Positions 20,608-29,849 of a DNA stretch of 42,099 nucleotides are shown in pieces. The position numbers were made by a program, and so were the translations under genes. How positions within the stretch are numbered: position 1 is the stretch's first letter; each line of letters opens with the position of its first letter. Origin of the DNA: a virus (taxonomy: Duplodnaviria; Caudoviricetes); IMG/VR virus record IMGVR_UViG_3300022670_001120, positions 1 through 42,099 of that record. One strand, given 5' to 3'. The notes below the pieces were generated by a model, which saw only the letters and a program-made list of their open reading frames with translations, searched no databases and had not been told where the DNA came from.

Positions 20608-22255
20608 TGTATTCTCCTTGCTTCCAGTTTTGGTTTGGGTTTGGTGGTTTGCCTCTTACGTCTCTAATCATATCATTGTAAATGGGCATGTCATTTGGTG
20701 GTGGTGTGGTACCACTTGTAAAGTCAGGATAGATTGGACCGCCTCCCATATCATTAAACATTGGTGACAAATCTTCTTGGAAATTATTAGAATTTTCTCC
20801 TGGATCATCTGGGGATTCTGGTGATGGTTGTGTTGGGGAATTTGCAGGCATCATCATTCCTTGTTGTGCCATCTGCTCTATCTGATCATCATATGCTTTA
20901 GTTAGTCCCAAACCTGCTTGAACGAACAATTTCCTCAACTCTATAGGGTCTGCTACTCCAGAGTTCATGTAAATTTCAATTAATTTGATTTGGTCTTCTA
21001 TTGGTATGTCTCTTTTCTCAACTTCCCCAAAGTCTATCTCAAAGTTTGTCTCCTCCCAGGGGACTGGTATCATTCCACCCAAATATGACATCTCTACAAA
21101 TGGATGAGCCATATACCAAGGGCGGAATAATTTTTCTATTAGTTGTGTTTTAATTGCTATAGGAAATGCAGAGAGTCCTATCTCATCTAGAATGGCTGAT
21201 TCTTTTGCGTTAGCGTAACTATGCCCAGAGCTACCGGATTCTTTTCCTCTGAAATCATTTAGGGCTTTCATGATTGGGCCCTGTGTGATATCCATAAACT
21301 GCTCAGCATTGAAATTTTTACTTTGTGATCCAAGTTCTGTTACTTCTACTTTAGTTCCAGCAACTACATCTTGACCTATTTCTAAATTATCCACTTGTTG
21401 TTGAAGATTATTCCTCTCATCTTCTGTTGCTCCATCAGCTGACCAAACATTTCTTGAGATGTATCTTTGCTCTCCCATCTGCATTGTAAATTGTGTTGCA
21501 TACTTTCTTTCTAGTAATGGTGGTAGTCTCTTCTCTACATCTCCTTGTGGTGTTGGCATTGTAAAGAATCGTGGTGAGGTCATTGTAACACCAAAGCCCG
21601 TACCAAATGCAGATGCATCTATCTTGTTCCAATAGAAATGTATCACTTCATCAGGATTGTGATACCCCTGATACTCTGCTCCTCTAAACTCATACTTGTA
21701 TGGGACTCTTTGTCTATCCCACCAAATCCTAACGAAACTACTAATGGGAATGTGCATTAAATCATCAGCTGATCTAATGTGATTAATTCCAAGTCTTGGC
21801 TTGTATATTGAATTACCATACCAAAGTAACTCTTTTACTATATCTGTATCAAAAATATCAAATTCTAATCTCTTTGTAAAGTCCTCAAAGTATTCTACCA
21901 TCTCATCTGTTTTGGCTTTTACATAGTGAGAGCCACCTGTAACTTGTGCAGATAAATGGTTAATTGCTAATTGTACATCCTCATCAATTTGTAACGCTTG
22001 AGATTGCTCTCTAAATGAGACAACGGGCCTATCAAATGTTTTACTTGTGTATCCTTCTCTGGAGTATGCTCCAACTGTACTAATCTCCGGCCCCCAGACT
22101 GGCTGCGATAATCCAGGGGCCGCTTCTAGCATGCTCCTCATATCATTAACATTAAGGGAAGTACCTCTAGGGGATCGGTCCCGAGCAGGCGCTAATGCCT
22201 GCTGATTACTCATAAAAGCTGCAACACCATTTTTGAGTCGGCTACCCCATCCCAT
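20600..22255 (-). CDS. Portal protein
   Basis: 551 aa; VKELLWYGNSI and PDEVIHF portal-like motifs; first gene of the head module. Confidence 0.85.
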   Translation of the reverse strand: MGWGSRLKNGVAAFMSNQQALAPARDRSPRGTSLNVNDMRSMLEAAPGLSQPVWGPEISTVGAYSREGYTSKTFDRPVVSFREQSQALQIDEDVQLAINHLSAQVTGGSHYVKAKTDEMVEYFEDFTKRLEFDIFDTDIVKELLWYGNSIYKPRLGINHIRSADDLMHIPISSFVRIWWDRQRVPYKYEFRGAEYQGYHNPDEVIHFYWNKIDASAFGTGFGVTMTSPRFFTMPTPQGDVEKRLPPLLERKYATQFTMQMGEQRYISRNVWSADGATEDERNNLQQQVDNLEIGQDVVAGTKVEVTELGSQSKNFNAEQFMDITQGPIMKALNDFRGKESGSSGHSYANAKESAILDEIGLSAFPIAIKTQLIEKLFRPWYMAHPFVEMSYLGGMIPVPWEETNFEIDFGEVEKRDIPIEDQIKLIEIYMNSGVADPIELRKLFVQAGLGLTKAYDDQIEQMAQQGMMMPANSPTQPSPESPDDPGENSNNFQEDLSPMFNDMGGGPIYPDFTSGTTPPPNDMPIYNDMIRDVRGKPPNPNQNWKQGEYNA

Positions 22256-22273
22256 GAATAATGAGACGAATTA

Positions 22274-24265
22274 TCAGTTTTGAGAACTAATTACTTGTTT
22301 TTGGTAAAAGCGTTCTTGGATTAGAGCGTTTTTCATTTCACGCTCTTCTGCTAGAATTTCACTTATTGGTCTATCATCAGATGCAAATTCATTGAGTATT
22401 CCAACAGTTGAATCATTATTCACTAGGTGTGCATAATGTGTCTTTGATAGTAAATCAAATAGATGTAGTTCTGCACGTTCTGCTGCATCAATCATTCCTT
22501 GTTGTAATACTACATTATCTGCTCTACTTGTATGGGAGTATGGAGTAACATCTGGTACATAATTGGTTAGATCATCACCTTGAATTTGTTTGTAAGATGT
22601 GATATAACCAAACTGTTCTAGTGCACGTTTATTTTCATATTCTTTTAATTTGTAAAACTCTGAATGCAGTCTATCTATAATTGTTACAAGCTTATCTGGT
22701 GTATCTTCAAAGGTGCGATATACAATTGGAATGAATGTTTCAAAGGAGTTTTTCTGATATAATAGTACGGGTTCTGATTTATCCATAGCCATCCAGATAT
22801 CATGTTCTTTGTCCATTCTTTGAACGGTTTGTAACCCCTTGTATTTTATCTCAGATGGTATGTGTAGTATGGTAGGGAAGTTTAACGAATCCCCAATAAT
22901 ATCTAGTCCATCATTGAAATACAATATTTGATTTGCTCTATCATTATCAATTGCTTGGAGTGCAAGGACTTTACCTACTGGAGACTCGTTAAATGAAAAT
23001 TCTATTGATACACGATAACATGGTTCTGTGTTGTCATCAGCTACACACTTTACTTTACTTGAAGAGTATTCTAAACTTGTTGCATTAATTATTGGGGAAG
23101 TTTTGTGATCATTGATTTTAAACTCTATAGCATCCCCGTCATAGTTTGTATAAATTTCGATGCTTGCTTCTGCATCATACGCTTTACTAACTTCAGGAAC
23201 TCCAAAGATAAACTCCAGGAGATATAGTGTATGTGGTGCATATACTGTAGATGTAAAGTTTTGAATTACACCAACTGTCATATTTTGCATTGGGATTGGA
23301 GTATAGAAATTATCAGTTACAGTAAATATTTGACCATTAATTTCTAGTCCATTATCTACTCTTTGTACAAATGTCTTATGATCAAGCCCAAAGGTTGGTC
23401 TGGAGTTATGCTCATCATCAGAACCTCCATTACTAAGAATAGTGATGATTCCAGTATACACTTCAATTAATAATGAATATGCAGATTCAACGTGATTACT
23501 TTTAGATATCTCACCCAGGTTTAATCCAGGATAATTTATCATTCCAATGTCAACGTATTCATTATTTTCTATATACTCATATTTGCTACAATTATCTCCA
23601 TTAGTTCCATGAGCAATTATGCTGCCATTACTGCCACTTTTATCAATGAATAGTACACTACCAACCTGCTTATTACAGGACCATTGCACCTGATCAGTGC
23701 CATCATCGAGAACACCATTAACCAAAGCCTCATTTGGTGAATAAACAACAAAGACTTCATCAATTCTAACACTCTCACTTAGCGAATATGTTGTTACATC
23801 GTCAGTTGCATAAAATGTTAGAAAAATTAGAAGGCTATCTAAATTGTATATGTTTAGTGGGGAATTCATTATAGTATCCAAATCAATTCTAAATGAATCA
23901 TTTTCACAATCCACTTCTTCTCCATATTGTCCAGAATTGGCAGCTATATCGATTAGTGTAGGAGCAGATGATATGGCTGAATAATAAATTGGAATGTAAT
24001 GACTAATCTTGGCTGGAGGTACGTGATCATTTGTTGCCCTATCCTGATATTCAATATCAGCTTTTATCACACATTTGTCACCAGGAGTCATTGTGTTAAA
24101 ATTCCAGCTAATCTGAATTTGGTTTGTACTATTGGTATAACTAGCATATGCGTTTGTTTGTGTTGGAGTATATTCTGTACCAGCACCTATTGCAAATGCA
24201 TCCTCAAATAAGATCCCAGAAGTTAGGATAATTGCAAACACTGTGAACAGCTTGTAATTTAACAT
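22274..24265 (-). CDS. Secreted modular surface protein, paralog A
   Basis: Signal peptide; C-terminal ~390 aa shared with 24613..27138. Confidence 0.75.
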   Translation of the reverse strand: MLNYKLFTVFAIILTSGILFEDAFAIGAGTEYTPTQTNAYASYTNSTNQIQISWNFNTMTPGDKCVIKADIEYQDRATNDHVPPAKISHYIPIYYSAISSAPTLIDIAANSGQYGEEVDCENDSFRIDLDTIMNSPLNIYNLDSLLIFLTFYATDDVTTYSLSESVRIDEVFVVYSPNEALVNGVLDDGTDQVQWSCNKQVGSVLFIDKSGSNGSIIAHGTNGDNCSKYEYIENNEYVDIGMINYPGLNLGEISKSNHVESAYSLLIEVYTGIITILSNGGSDDEHNSRPTFGLDHKTFVQRVDNGLEINGQIFTVTDNFYTPIPMQNMTVGVIQNFTSTVYAPHTLYLLEFIFGVPEVSKAYDAEASIEIYTNYDGDAIEFKINDHKTSPIINATSLEYSSSKVKCVADDNTEPCYRVSIEFSFNESPVGKVLALQAIDNDRANQILYFNDGLDIIGDSLNFPTILHIPSEIKYKGLQTVQRMDKEHDIWMAMDKSEPVLLYQKNSFETFIPIVYRTFEDTPDKLVTIIDRLHSEFYKLKEYENKRALEQFGYITSYKQIQGDDLTNYVPDVTPYSHTSRADNVVLQQGMIDAAERAELHLFDLLSKTHYAHLVNNDSTVGILNEFASDDRPISEILAEEREMKNALIQERFYQKQVISSQN

Positions 24266-24330
24266 CTTAACTTCTTAACATACAATAAATGTACAGGTTA
24301 TAATCAAACACTACTTCCTGTTGTTAGTAT

Positions 24331-24389
24331 TGTATCTTATAGGATACACATGGTAAGTTATGAATTAACTATGTATCTTATGGGTTACA
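24331..24389. promoter_or_regulatory. Pair of 18-bp palindromic operators (TGTATCYYATRRGATACA family)
   Basis: tgtatcttataggataca at 24331 and tgtatcttatgggttaca at 24372. Confidence 0.7.
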
Positions 24390-24397
24390 GGTAGGTA

Positions 24398-24616
24398 TTA
24401 GATGTATTCTAAGTTTTTAGTACTAAATCCCCAGGATAGTTTACACTTGAGACAATAAAAAATTATGAGAATATCTGTTGTTTTTCTTATCATTCCCTCA
24501 TTGTGACATTTGTGGCACTTGTTGCCATATCCTAGAACTCTGAAAAAATTCTTGACAAATTCTAAACGTTGCTGAGGCGGTAACAATCTTTGTCTCATCC
24601 TGGTATATGGAGTCAT
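24398..24616 (-). CDS. Small Zn-finger protein, paralog of 27836..28051
   Basis: FF..LGYGNKCxKC...CxxC..W.F shared. Confidence 0.7.
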   Translation of the reverse strand: MTPYTRMRQRLLPPQQRLEFVKNFFRVLGYGNKCHKCHNEGMIRKTTDILIIFYCLKCKLSWGFSTKNLEYI

Positions 24617-27138
24617 TTTTGAGCAGCTATCACTTGTTTTAGGTATGCACGATCTTGGGTTAGAGTGTTTTTCATTTCACGTTCTTCTGCTAGAATTTCA
24701 TTAATTGGTCTATCATCAGAGGTAAACTCTTCTAATATTCCAACATAGGAGTTGTTCTTAACCAGGTGAGCATAATGGGTTTTTGATAGTAAGTCTAGTA
24801 AGTGTAGTTTGGCACGTTCTTCTGCATCAAGGATACCTTGTTGTAGAACTTTATCATCGGCTCTGCTTGTATGGATAACATTCATCTCTTCTGCCACATA
24901 TTTTGTAAGATCATCACCTTGAATTTGCTTGTAAGATGTTATGTACTGAAACTGCTCAATTGCACGTTTTGTTTCATAGTCTAATAATTTGTAAAACTCT
25001 GAATGCTCTCTATCCATAATTGTAACAAGCTCATCTGATTCAGGTACAAAGGTGCGATACTCTATTGGAATAAATGTCCCAAATGAGTTTTGCTGGTATA
25101 ATAGTACAGGTTCTGATTTATCCATAGCCAACCAGATATCATGTTCTTTGTCTACTCTCTGAATGGTTTGCAGTCCTTTGTATTTAATTTCTGAAACAAT
25201 TTGTTGTATGGTTGCCGGGTTTAATGAATCCCCAACAATGTCTAGTCCATCATTGAAATACAATATGTTGTTCATTCTCTTATAATCTATTGCCTGGAGT
25301 GCAAGGACTTTACCTACTGGAGACTCGTTAAATGAAAATTCTATTGATACTCGATAGCATGGCTCTGAGTTGTCATCAGCTACGCATTTTACTTTAGATG
25401 ATGCAAATTCCAGACTGGTTGCATTAATTATTGGTGAGTCATTGTACTCATTAATTTTAAAGTCTATAACCTCACCATCAAAGTTTGTGTAAATTTCTAT
25501 ACTAGATTCAGCTTCATCCCATTTGTCAATTGTTGGAATTCCAAAGAGAAATTCTGTGATGTATAGTGTGTGGGGAGCATATGCTGTAGCTGTAAAGTTT
25601 TGAGTTGCACCTACTTTTAGTTCAAGTAGATCCATTGGTGTGTAGAAATTATCAGTTACAGTATAGGTCTGATTATTAATTATTAATCCATTATCTACTC
25701 GTTGAACAAATGTCTTGTAATCAATTCCAAAGGTGGGTCTAGATTGGGACTCATCATCAGAACCACCAGCAGATGTGGCAGTAATACTACTTGCCCTTGT
25801 AATGGAGAATAGATGTATGGCACCAGAATTAGTTTCTCCTCCTGTATCATCTTGATGGGCAGATATTGCAATTATTGCGGTATCTCCAGAATCCCTCCAT
25901 AAGGCCATTCCATGACCAAACAGATCAGTTGCAGCAAATGGTGAAATAGCAGTTCTTGTATTTTCTGATTCATTTGATATCTTTTGAGATTCTTTTAGTG
26001 TATCATCAGCATTCAAATACAAAATATGTGCCTCGCCTGAAGTTGCAGCAGTATCATCTCCTGCCTCATTTCCCACTATAATATCATTAACTCCATCATT
26101 ATCCATATCTCCCAGTGATGCAACACCACTACCGAAAGATTCATCATTTGCAATACCAGCAATGGTACTACCTGCAATCTCAGTACTAGAAACAAAAGCA
26201 CCAGCAGCAGTCAAATTAACAATGAATACTGAGCCTCCACCATCACCATCAGCTTGGTTGCTAACAACAATTTTTGTGCCACTAATTGATGCACCATCAT
26301 CGATATACTCGCCAGTGTCAACTCCAATTGTATTTCCAGAAATTGGTGCAGCTGGATGACTGCTCACTGTGCCATCTGCATTCAAAAACAATACCCACAA
26401 GTCTGTAAAATTATCAGGATCACTGTTAGCACCTACAAGTAATTCGTTTTGCCCATCACCATTTAGATCAGTTGCAATTACTGGCCATCCAAAATTTGCA
26501 GTTCCTTGTTCTATGTATGCTCCATCCGCAGGATTAAATCCATTTCCATTTTCTGGGACAATTAATACACAGTTGTCAACTTTACCAGTAGTTTTTAATT
26601 CTAACATATACACGGCACCACTGTTGGCAGTGACTACAGCATTATCTGCATTCACATCATGATTATTGGAGTTTGCACCCAATGCAATGGTTGGTAATCC
26701 ATCACCATCCAAATCACCAACAAATGCTAATTGTTCTATAGATCCAAAATCTCTATTTGTACCATCACCTGCAATGCATCCAGCAGTTAATCCATTAGCT
26801 GTAGCATCCATGATAATGTTATTTGTACTTTTTACAGAGCCATCAGCATTCATAAATAAAATTAGAATGGAACCAAAATCATCAGCAGTATCTGCATCAT
26901 CACCAGCCTCATTATCAAAACCAAACATGATTGAAGCTAAATCAATTACTCCATCTGAATCTAAATCCCCAATTGCTTCTATCTGATAACCTAAATTATT
27001 ATTAAAATCAACAGCACCTGCAATGTCATCATTATCAATTTCTACTCTATCAGTTACAGTCTGGGCAGCATATGCAACAGAAACCACCATCATTCCAAAT
27101 GCAAATAAAAATATTAATTTTAATCTTGTATTAATCAT
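24613..27138 (-). CDS. Secreted FG-GAP/integrin-alpha-like repeat protein, paralog B
   Basis: Signal peptide; GDLDSDG, GDLDGDG, DLNGDG, GDMDNDG loops; FG..., SGAVY and SGAIH motifs. Confidence 0.8.
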   Translation of the reverse strand: MINTRLKLIFLFAFGMMVVSVAYAAQTVTDRVEIDNDDIAGAVDFNNNLGYQIEAIGDLDSDGVIDLASIMFGFDNEAGDDADTADDFGSILILFMNADGSVKSTNNIIMDATANGLTAGCIAGDGTNRDFGSIEQLAFVGDLDGDGLPTIALGANSNNHDVNADNAVVTANSGAVYMLELKTTGKVDNCVLIVPENGNGFNPADGAYIEQGTANFGWPVIATDLNGDGQNELLVGANSDPDNFTDLWVLFLNADGTVSSHPAAPISGNTIGVDTGEYIDDGASISGTKIVVSNQADGDGGGSVFIVNLTAAGAFVSSTEIAGSTIAGIANDESFGSGVASLGDMDNDGVNDIIVGNEAGDDTAATSGEAHILYLNADDTLKESQKISNESENTRTAISPFAATDLFGHGMALWRDSGDTAIIAISAHQDDTGGETNSGAIHLFSITRASSITATSAGGSDDESQSRPTFGIDYKTFVQRVDNGLIINNQTYTVTDNFYTPMDLLELKVGATQNFTATAYAPHTLYITEFLFGIPTIDKWDEAESSIEIYTNFDGEVIDFKINEYNDSPIINATSLEFASSKVKCVADDNSEPCYRVSIEFSFNESPVGKVLALQAIDYKRMNNILYFNDGLDIVGDSLNPATIQQIVSEIKYKGLQTIQRVDKEHDIWLAMDKSEPVLLYQQNSFGTFIPIEYRTFVPESDELVTIMDREHSEFYKLLDYETKRAIEQFQYITSYKQIQGDDLTKYVAEEMNVIHTSRADDKVLQQGILDAEERAKLHLLDLLSKTHYAHLVKNNSYVGILEEFTSDDRPINEILAEEREMKNTLTQDRAYLKQVIAAQK

Positions 27139-27163
27139 TTCATACTCCTGTTAATTGTAAACA

Positions 27164-27181
27164 TGTATCTGGTGAGATACA
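27164..27181. promoter_or_regulatory. 18-bp palindromic operator
   Basis: tgtatctggtgagataca, 26 nt upstream of start 27138. Confidence 0.6.
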
Positions 27182-27308
27182 CGTATGAAATTAAGATATA
27201 CTGTGGGTTTGTAATACCTTGATTCATTACTTTAAGATGGTGTTAGTATTATTTATTGATGGATCGAATTTCCCATGAATGGAATATAAAAAACCAAAGT
27301 TGGGAAAT

Positions 27309-27849
27309 CGTAAGCCCAATATGGTTTTCAATTTCTTACTGACTCGTCGTATTACAATGGGTTTCAAACTTCTATTGACTCGTAAACTTTCCATGGTTTT
27401 CACTTTATTAGTGAACTCGTAATCCTCCTTTGGTTTTCACATGATGGGTGACTCGTTAGAGCATGTTGGTTTTCATTACTTTCATGACTCGTATGGGGAT
27501 TGTGGGTTTCATCCGTTTACTGACTCGCATTGGTTCAAAGGGTTTCAATGGGTATATGACTCGTAATCATCCCTGGGTTTCAGTCTTTCAGTGACTCGGT
27601 ATCTTCCTTGGGTTTCACATATTCTTTGACTCGTAATCTTATTGGGGGTTTCATGTTGTTCTATGACTCGTAATCTTGTTATGGGTTTCATGTTGTTCAA
27701 TGACTCGTAATCATACTGTGGGTTTCAAACATTTCGTGACTCGTTTGTGCTTAATGGGTTTCAATGGGTATATGACTCGTAATCCATGTATGGTTTTCAC
27801 ACTTACTATAACTCGTTCTCTCTCAATGGGTTTCATTATTTAGATGACT
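27309..27849 (-). ncRNA. TIGR-like guide RNA array, 15 units of 35-37 nt
   Basis: Minus-strand unit AGTCA-N9-TGAAA(C/A)CCA-N9-NACG; plus-strand TGACT (or variant) at 27340, 27376, 27412, 27449, 27485, 27521, 27557, 27592, 27627, 27664, 27701, 27737, 27773, 27809, 27845; downstream of a Nop-domain gene. Confidence 0.9.
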
Positions 27850-28051
27850 TCTTAACTCTCTTTGTTCCATTATTTATTGAACCCATATCAAATGACCAAT
27901 TATAATCACATGGTTCACAGTGGAAATTAATCAGGTTCCTTGTTATTTTATAAATGGTTCCCACCTTGAGACATTTTGTACATTTGTTACCATATCCCAA
28001 CATTATGAAAAACTCATCAAGGAGATCTGAATCTTCTTTAATTAGTTTCAT
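27836..28051 (-). CDS. Small Zn-finger protein (start revised to 28051)
   Basis: ATGA overlap with the tasA-like stop; CTKC...CEPC; the revised start aligns with paralog 24398..24616. Confidence 0.7.
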   Translation of the reverse strand: MKLIKEDSDLLDEFFIMLGYGNKCTKCLKVGTIYKITRNLINFHCEPCDYNWSFDMGSINNGTKRVKKSSK

Positions 28052-28863
28052 TCGTCTGTAAAGGCCTCCACCACTGAATGGCCCAACAGTTGTTTTGCAT
28101 ATGGTTCTGTAGCTTCTAATTTCTCTTGCCTTCTCCATGTTTGCCAAACATGTGCAAGAAATATTTTAGAAACTTTTCTTAATGCACGATTATGAATGTG
28201 TCCGTCATTGTATAATGTACGGCCATTCTTTACAATCTTTGTGGGATGTTCTTTTCTCTCCTTTCTTTTTATGGTATCATACAATTTACGATATTTTGAT
28301 TTAGCTGCTGATTGTTTCACAAATGACCCAGATGCCTTCCAAGCTAATACTTTGAGACGGTCATTCCAGTTTGATTGATATCCAATAATTCTTTTTTGTA
28401 GGATTGGTTCAGTTTTAGTTTGGCAAATAGGGCATGCTTCCATGGGGTGTAGCTTCTTTGCTTTCTTTCCTGTCTCATATTCTACTTCAAGATATGTTGG
28501 TTTCTTACATTGTGGGCAGAACCTATTCATCCCATACCCAGAATACTGCCACAAGCTAGACACATGATCAAACTTTCCTATATCATCAATGTATGAAATT
28601 AGTCCAGCAGCAATTAACGGTCCAATTCCCCTAATCTTTGAGAGATACTGTGTGTATAGTGCGTGGTTCTTTAGTTGTCTTACTATTAATTTTTCAATAT
28701 CTTTCTCAAATGCTCCAGCATTCTCCAATATTGTAGTAATTCCATATACTGAGAGTTCTTCTTTGGTTAGTGTGTTTTCTCTCTCTGATGCACCTATTCT
28801 TAATTGAGTTTGAATTCTCTGTGCCTGGAAATCATAGTAAATATCCACAAGATTTCTCAGCAA
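28048..28863 (-). CDS. tasA: TasA-like Nop-domain (IS110 C-terminal related) RNA-guided DNA-binding protein; may start at ATA 28989
   Basis: Coiled coil, LSKIRGIGPLIAAGLIS, HVSSLWQYSG, GHIHNRALRKVSKIFL; no RuvC or HNH domain; adjacent dual-repeat array. Confidence 0.8.
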   Translation of the reverse strand: MLRNLVDIYYDFQAQRIQTQLRIGASERENTLTKEELSVYGITTILENAGAFEKDIEKLIVRQLKNHALYTQYLSKIRGIGPLIAAGLISYIDDIGKFDHVSSLWQYSGYGMNRFCPQCKKPTYLEVEYETGKKAKKLHPMEACPICQTKTEPILQKRIIGYQSNWNDRLKVLAWKASGSFVKQSAAKSKYRKLYDTIKRKERKEHPTKIVKNGRTLYNDGHIHNRALRKVSKIFLAHVWQTWRRQEKLEATEPYAKQLLGHSVVEAFTDE

Positions 28864-28985
28864 AAAGTGTGGAATATCTACTGTATCTTCAAATGGAATT
28901 GGGACATCTTTAGTGGTCTTCTTTTTGGTCTTTGATTTGGTTTTCTTTTTAGTTACAACTTTTAGTGGAGCCTTCTTTTTTGCTG

Positions 28986-29849
28986 CTATTTCTTAACATC
29001 CCCTTTTGTTAGGTCTAGTCCTACCTTTGGAGCTGCAATGTCTATGATGTAATGATATATTCCACGCATTGCAAAGGTGTCTCTTTTTTCTGCAAGTTCT
29101 ATTACTTTGGGTGATTTGAGTAACAGTTTGCCGAGTTCTATCATTTTTTCATCTGGTACTTTATTTTCAAAGTATACTCTGAAAAAATTCCTTAAAATGG
29201 TGTAACGATAAAATGGTGATTCAGTATTTGTTGCTATCTGGTATAATACTGGTACAAAGAGTTTGACCTTCTTGGTGTCAAGAGATGTTATTCCCTGGAT
29301 AAAGTCATCAACAGCTACTGGTCTTACAGGTCTTATTGATGTGCTCTTTGCATAGTGTAGCCAGTTTAGAACAACAGCATAGCGAAACTTTGATACACTA
29401 TTGTAATGATCACATACCTCTCTTAGCTCATTGAAATATGAAATTCTTCCAGTATCTAGTGCTTTAAGATGGTCTCCAAGTGTTAGGGGTTTTCCCAAAT
29501 TTAGTCGTCTATAAATTTCGCGTTGATTCCCTCCAGTATAAATAAATAAAATTAGATCATATGCTAATAATCCATAATATTCTCTAGCATAACGCAATCC
29601 AGCAATTCTATGTTGTCCATCAATAATGTGATATTTTACTTTCTCAGTTCCTGAAACTACACGTAGTGTATTATCTACGAATTTGTTATCCATGATTGCG
29701 TTTGCGATTCTTCCGATTTTAGTAGGGGATATTTTCCTCTCAAATAATGCAGGTGCAAATGTTTTTTCTAAATCTTCGAGTTTAAAATCATTAAGATAAA
29801 CTATCTCTGCCTTTGGTGGCATGTATACAGTTGAACGTGTTTGGCTCAT
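28986..29849 (-). CDS. ParB/Srx-superfamily DGQHR protein
   Basis: FERKIS, IIDGQHRIAGL, YRRLNLGKPL. Confidence 0.75.
   Translation of the reverse strand: MSQTRSTVYMPPKAEIVYLNDFKLEDLEKTFAPALFERKISPTKIGRIANAIMDNKFVDNTLRVVSGTEKVKYHIIDGQHRIAGLRYAREYYGLLAYDLILFIYTGGNQREIYRRLNLGKPLTLGDHLKALDTGRISYFNELREVCDHYNSVSKFRYAVVLNWLHYAKSTSIRPVRPVAVDDFIQGITSLDTKKVKLFVPVLYQIATNTESPFYRYTILRNFFRVYFENKVPDEKMIELGKLLLKSPKVIELAEKRDTFAMRGIYHYIIDIAAPKVGLDLTKGDVKK

Noticed and set aside
452-20767. Numerous plus-strand ORFs over structural genes
   Set aside because: Antisense shadows of long minus-strand genes, except the RHH at 18939
22274-25760. Diversity-generating retroelement TR/VR pair
   Set aside because: No reverse transcriptase; differences between the paralogs are not adenine-specific
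27209-27217. Self-match of a single 9-nt spacer (TTGTAATAC)
   Set aside because: Lone 9-mers are expected by chance and the partner half is not adjacent; a full self-target search could not be run
27309-27849. CRISPR array
   Set aside because: Two alternating 8-9 nt repeats with ~9-nt spacers and no cas genes; does not fit CRISPR geometry
28048-28863. IS110 transposase or insertion sequence
   Set aside because: No N-terminal DEDD RuvC domain; embedded by translational coupling in a viral operon next to a guide array
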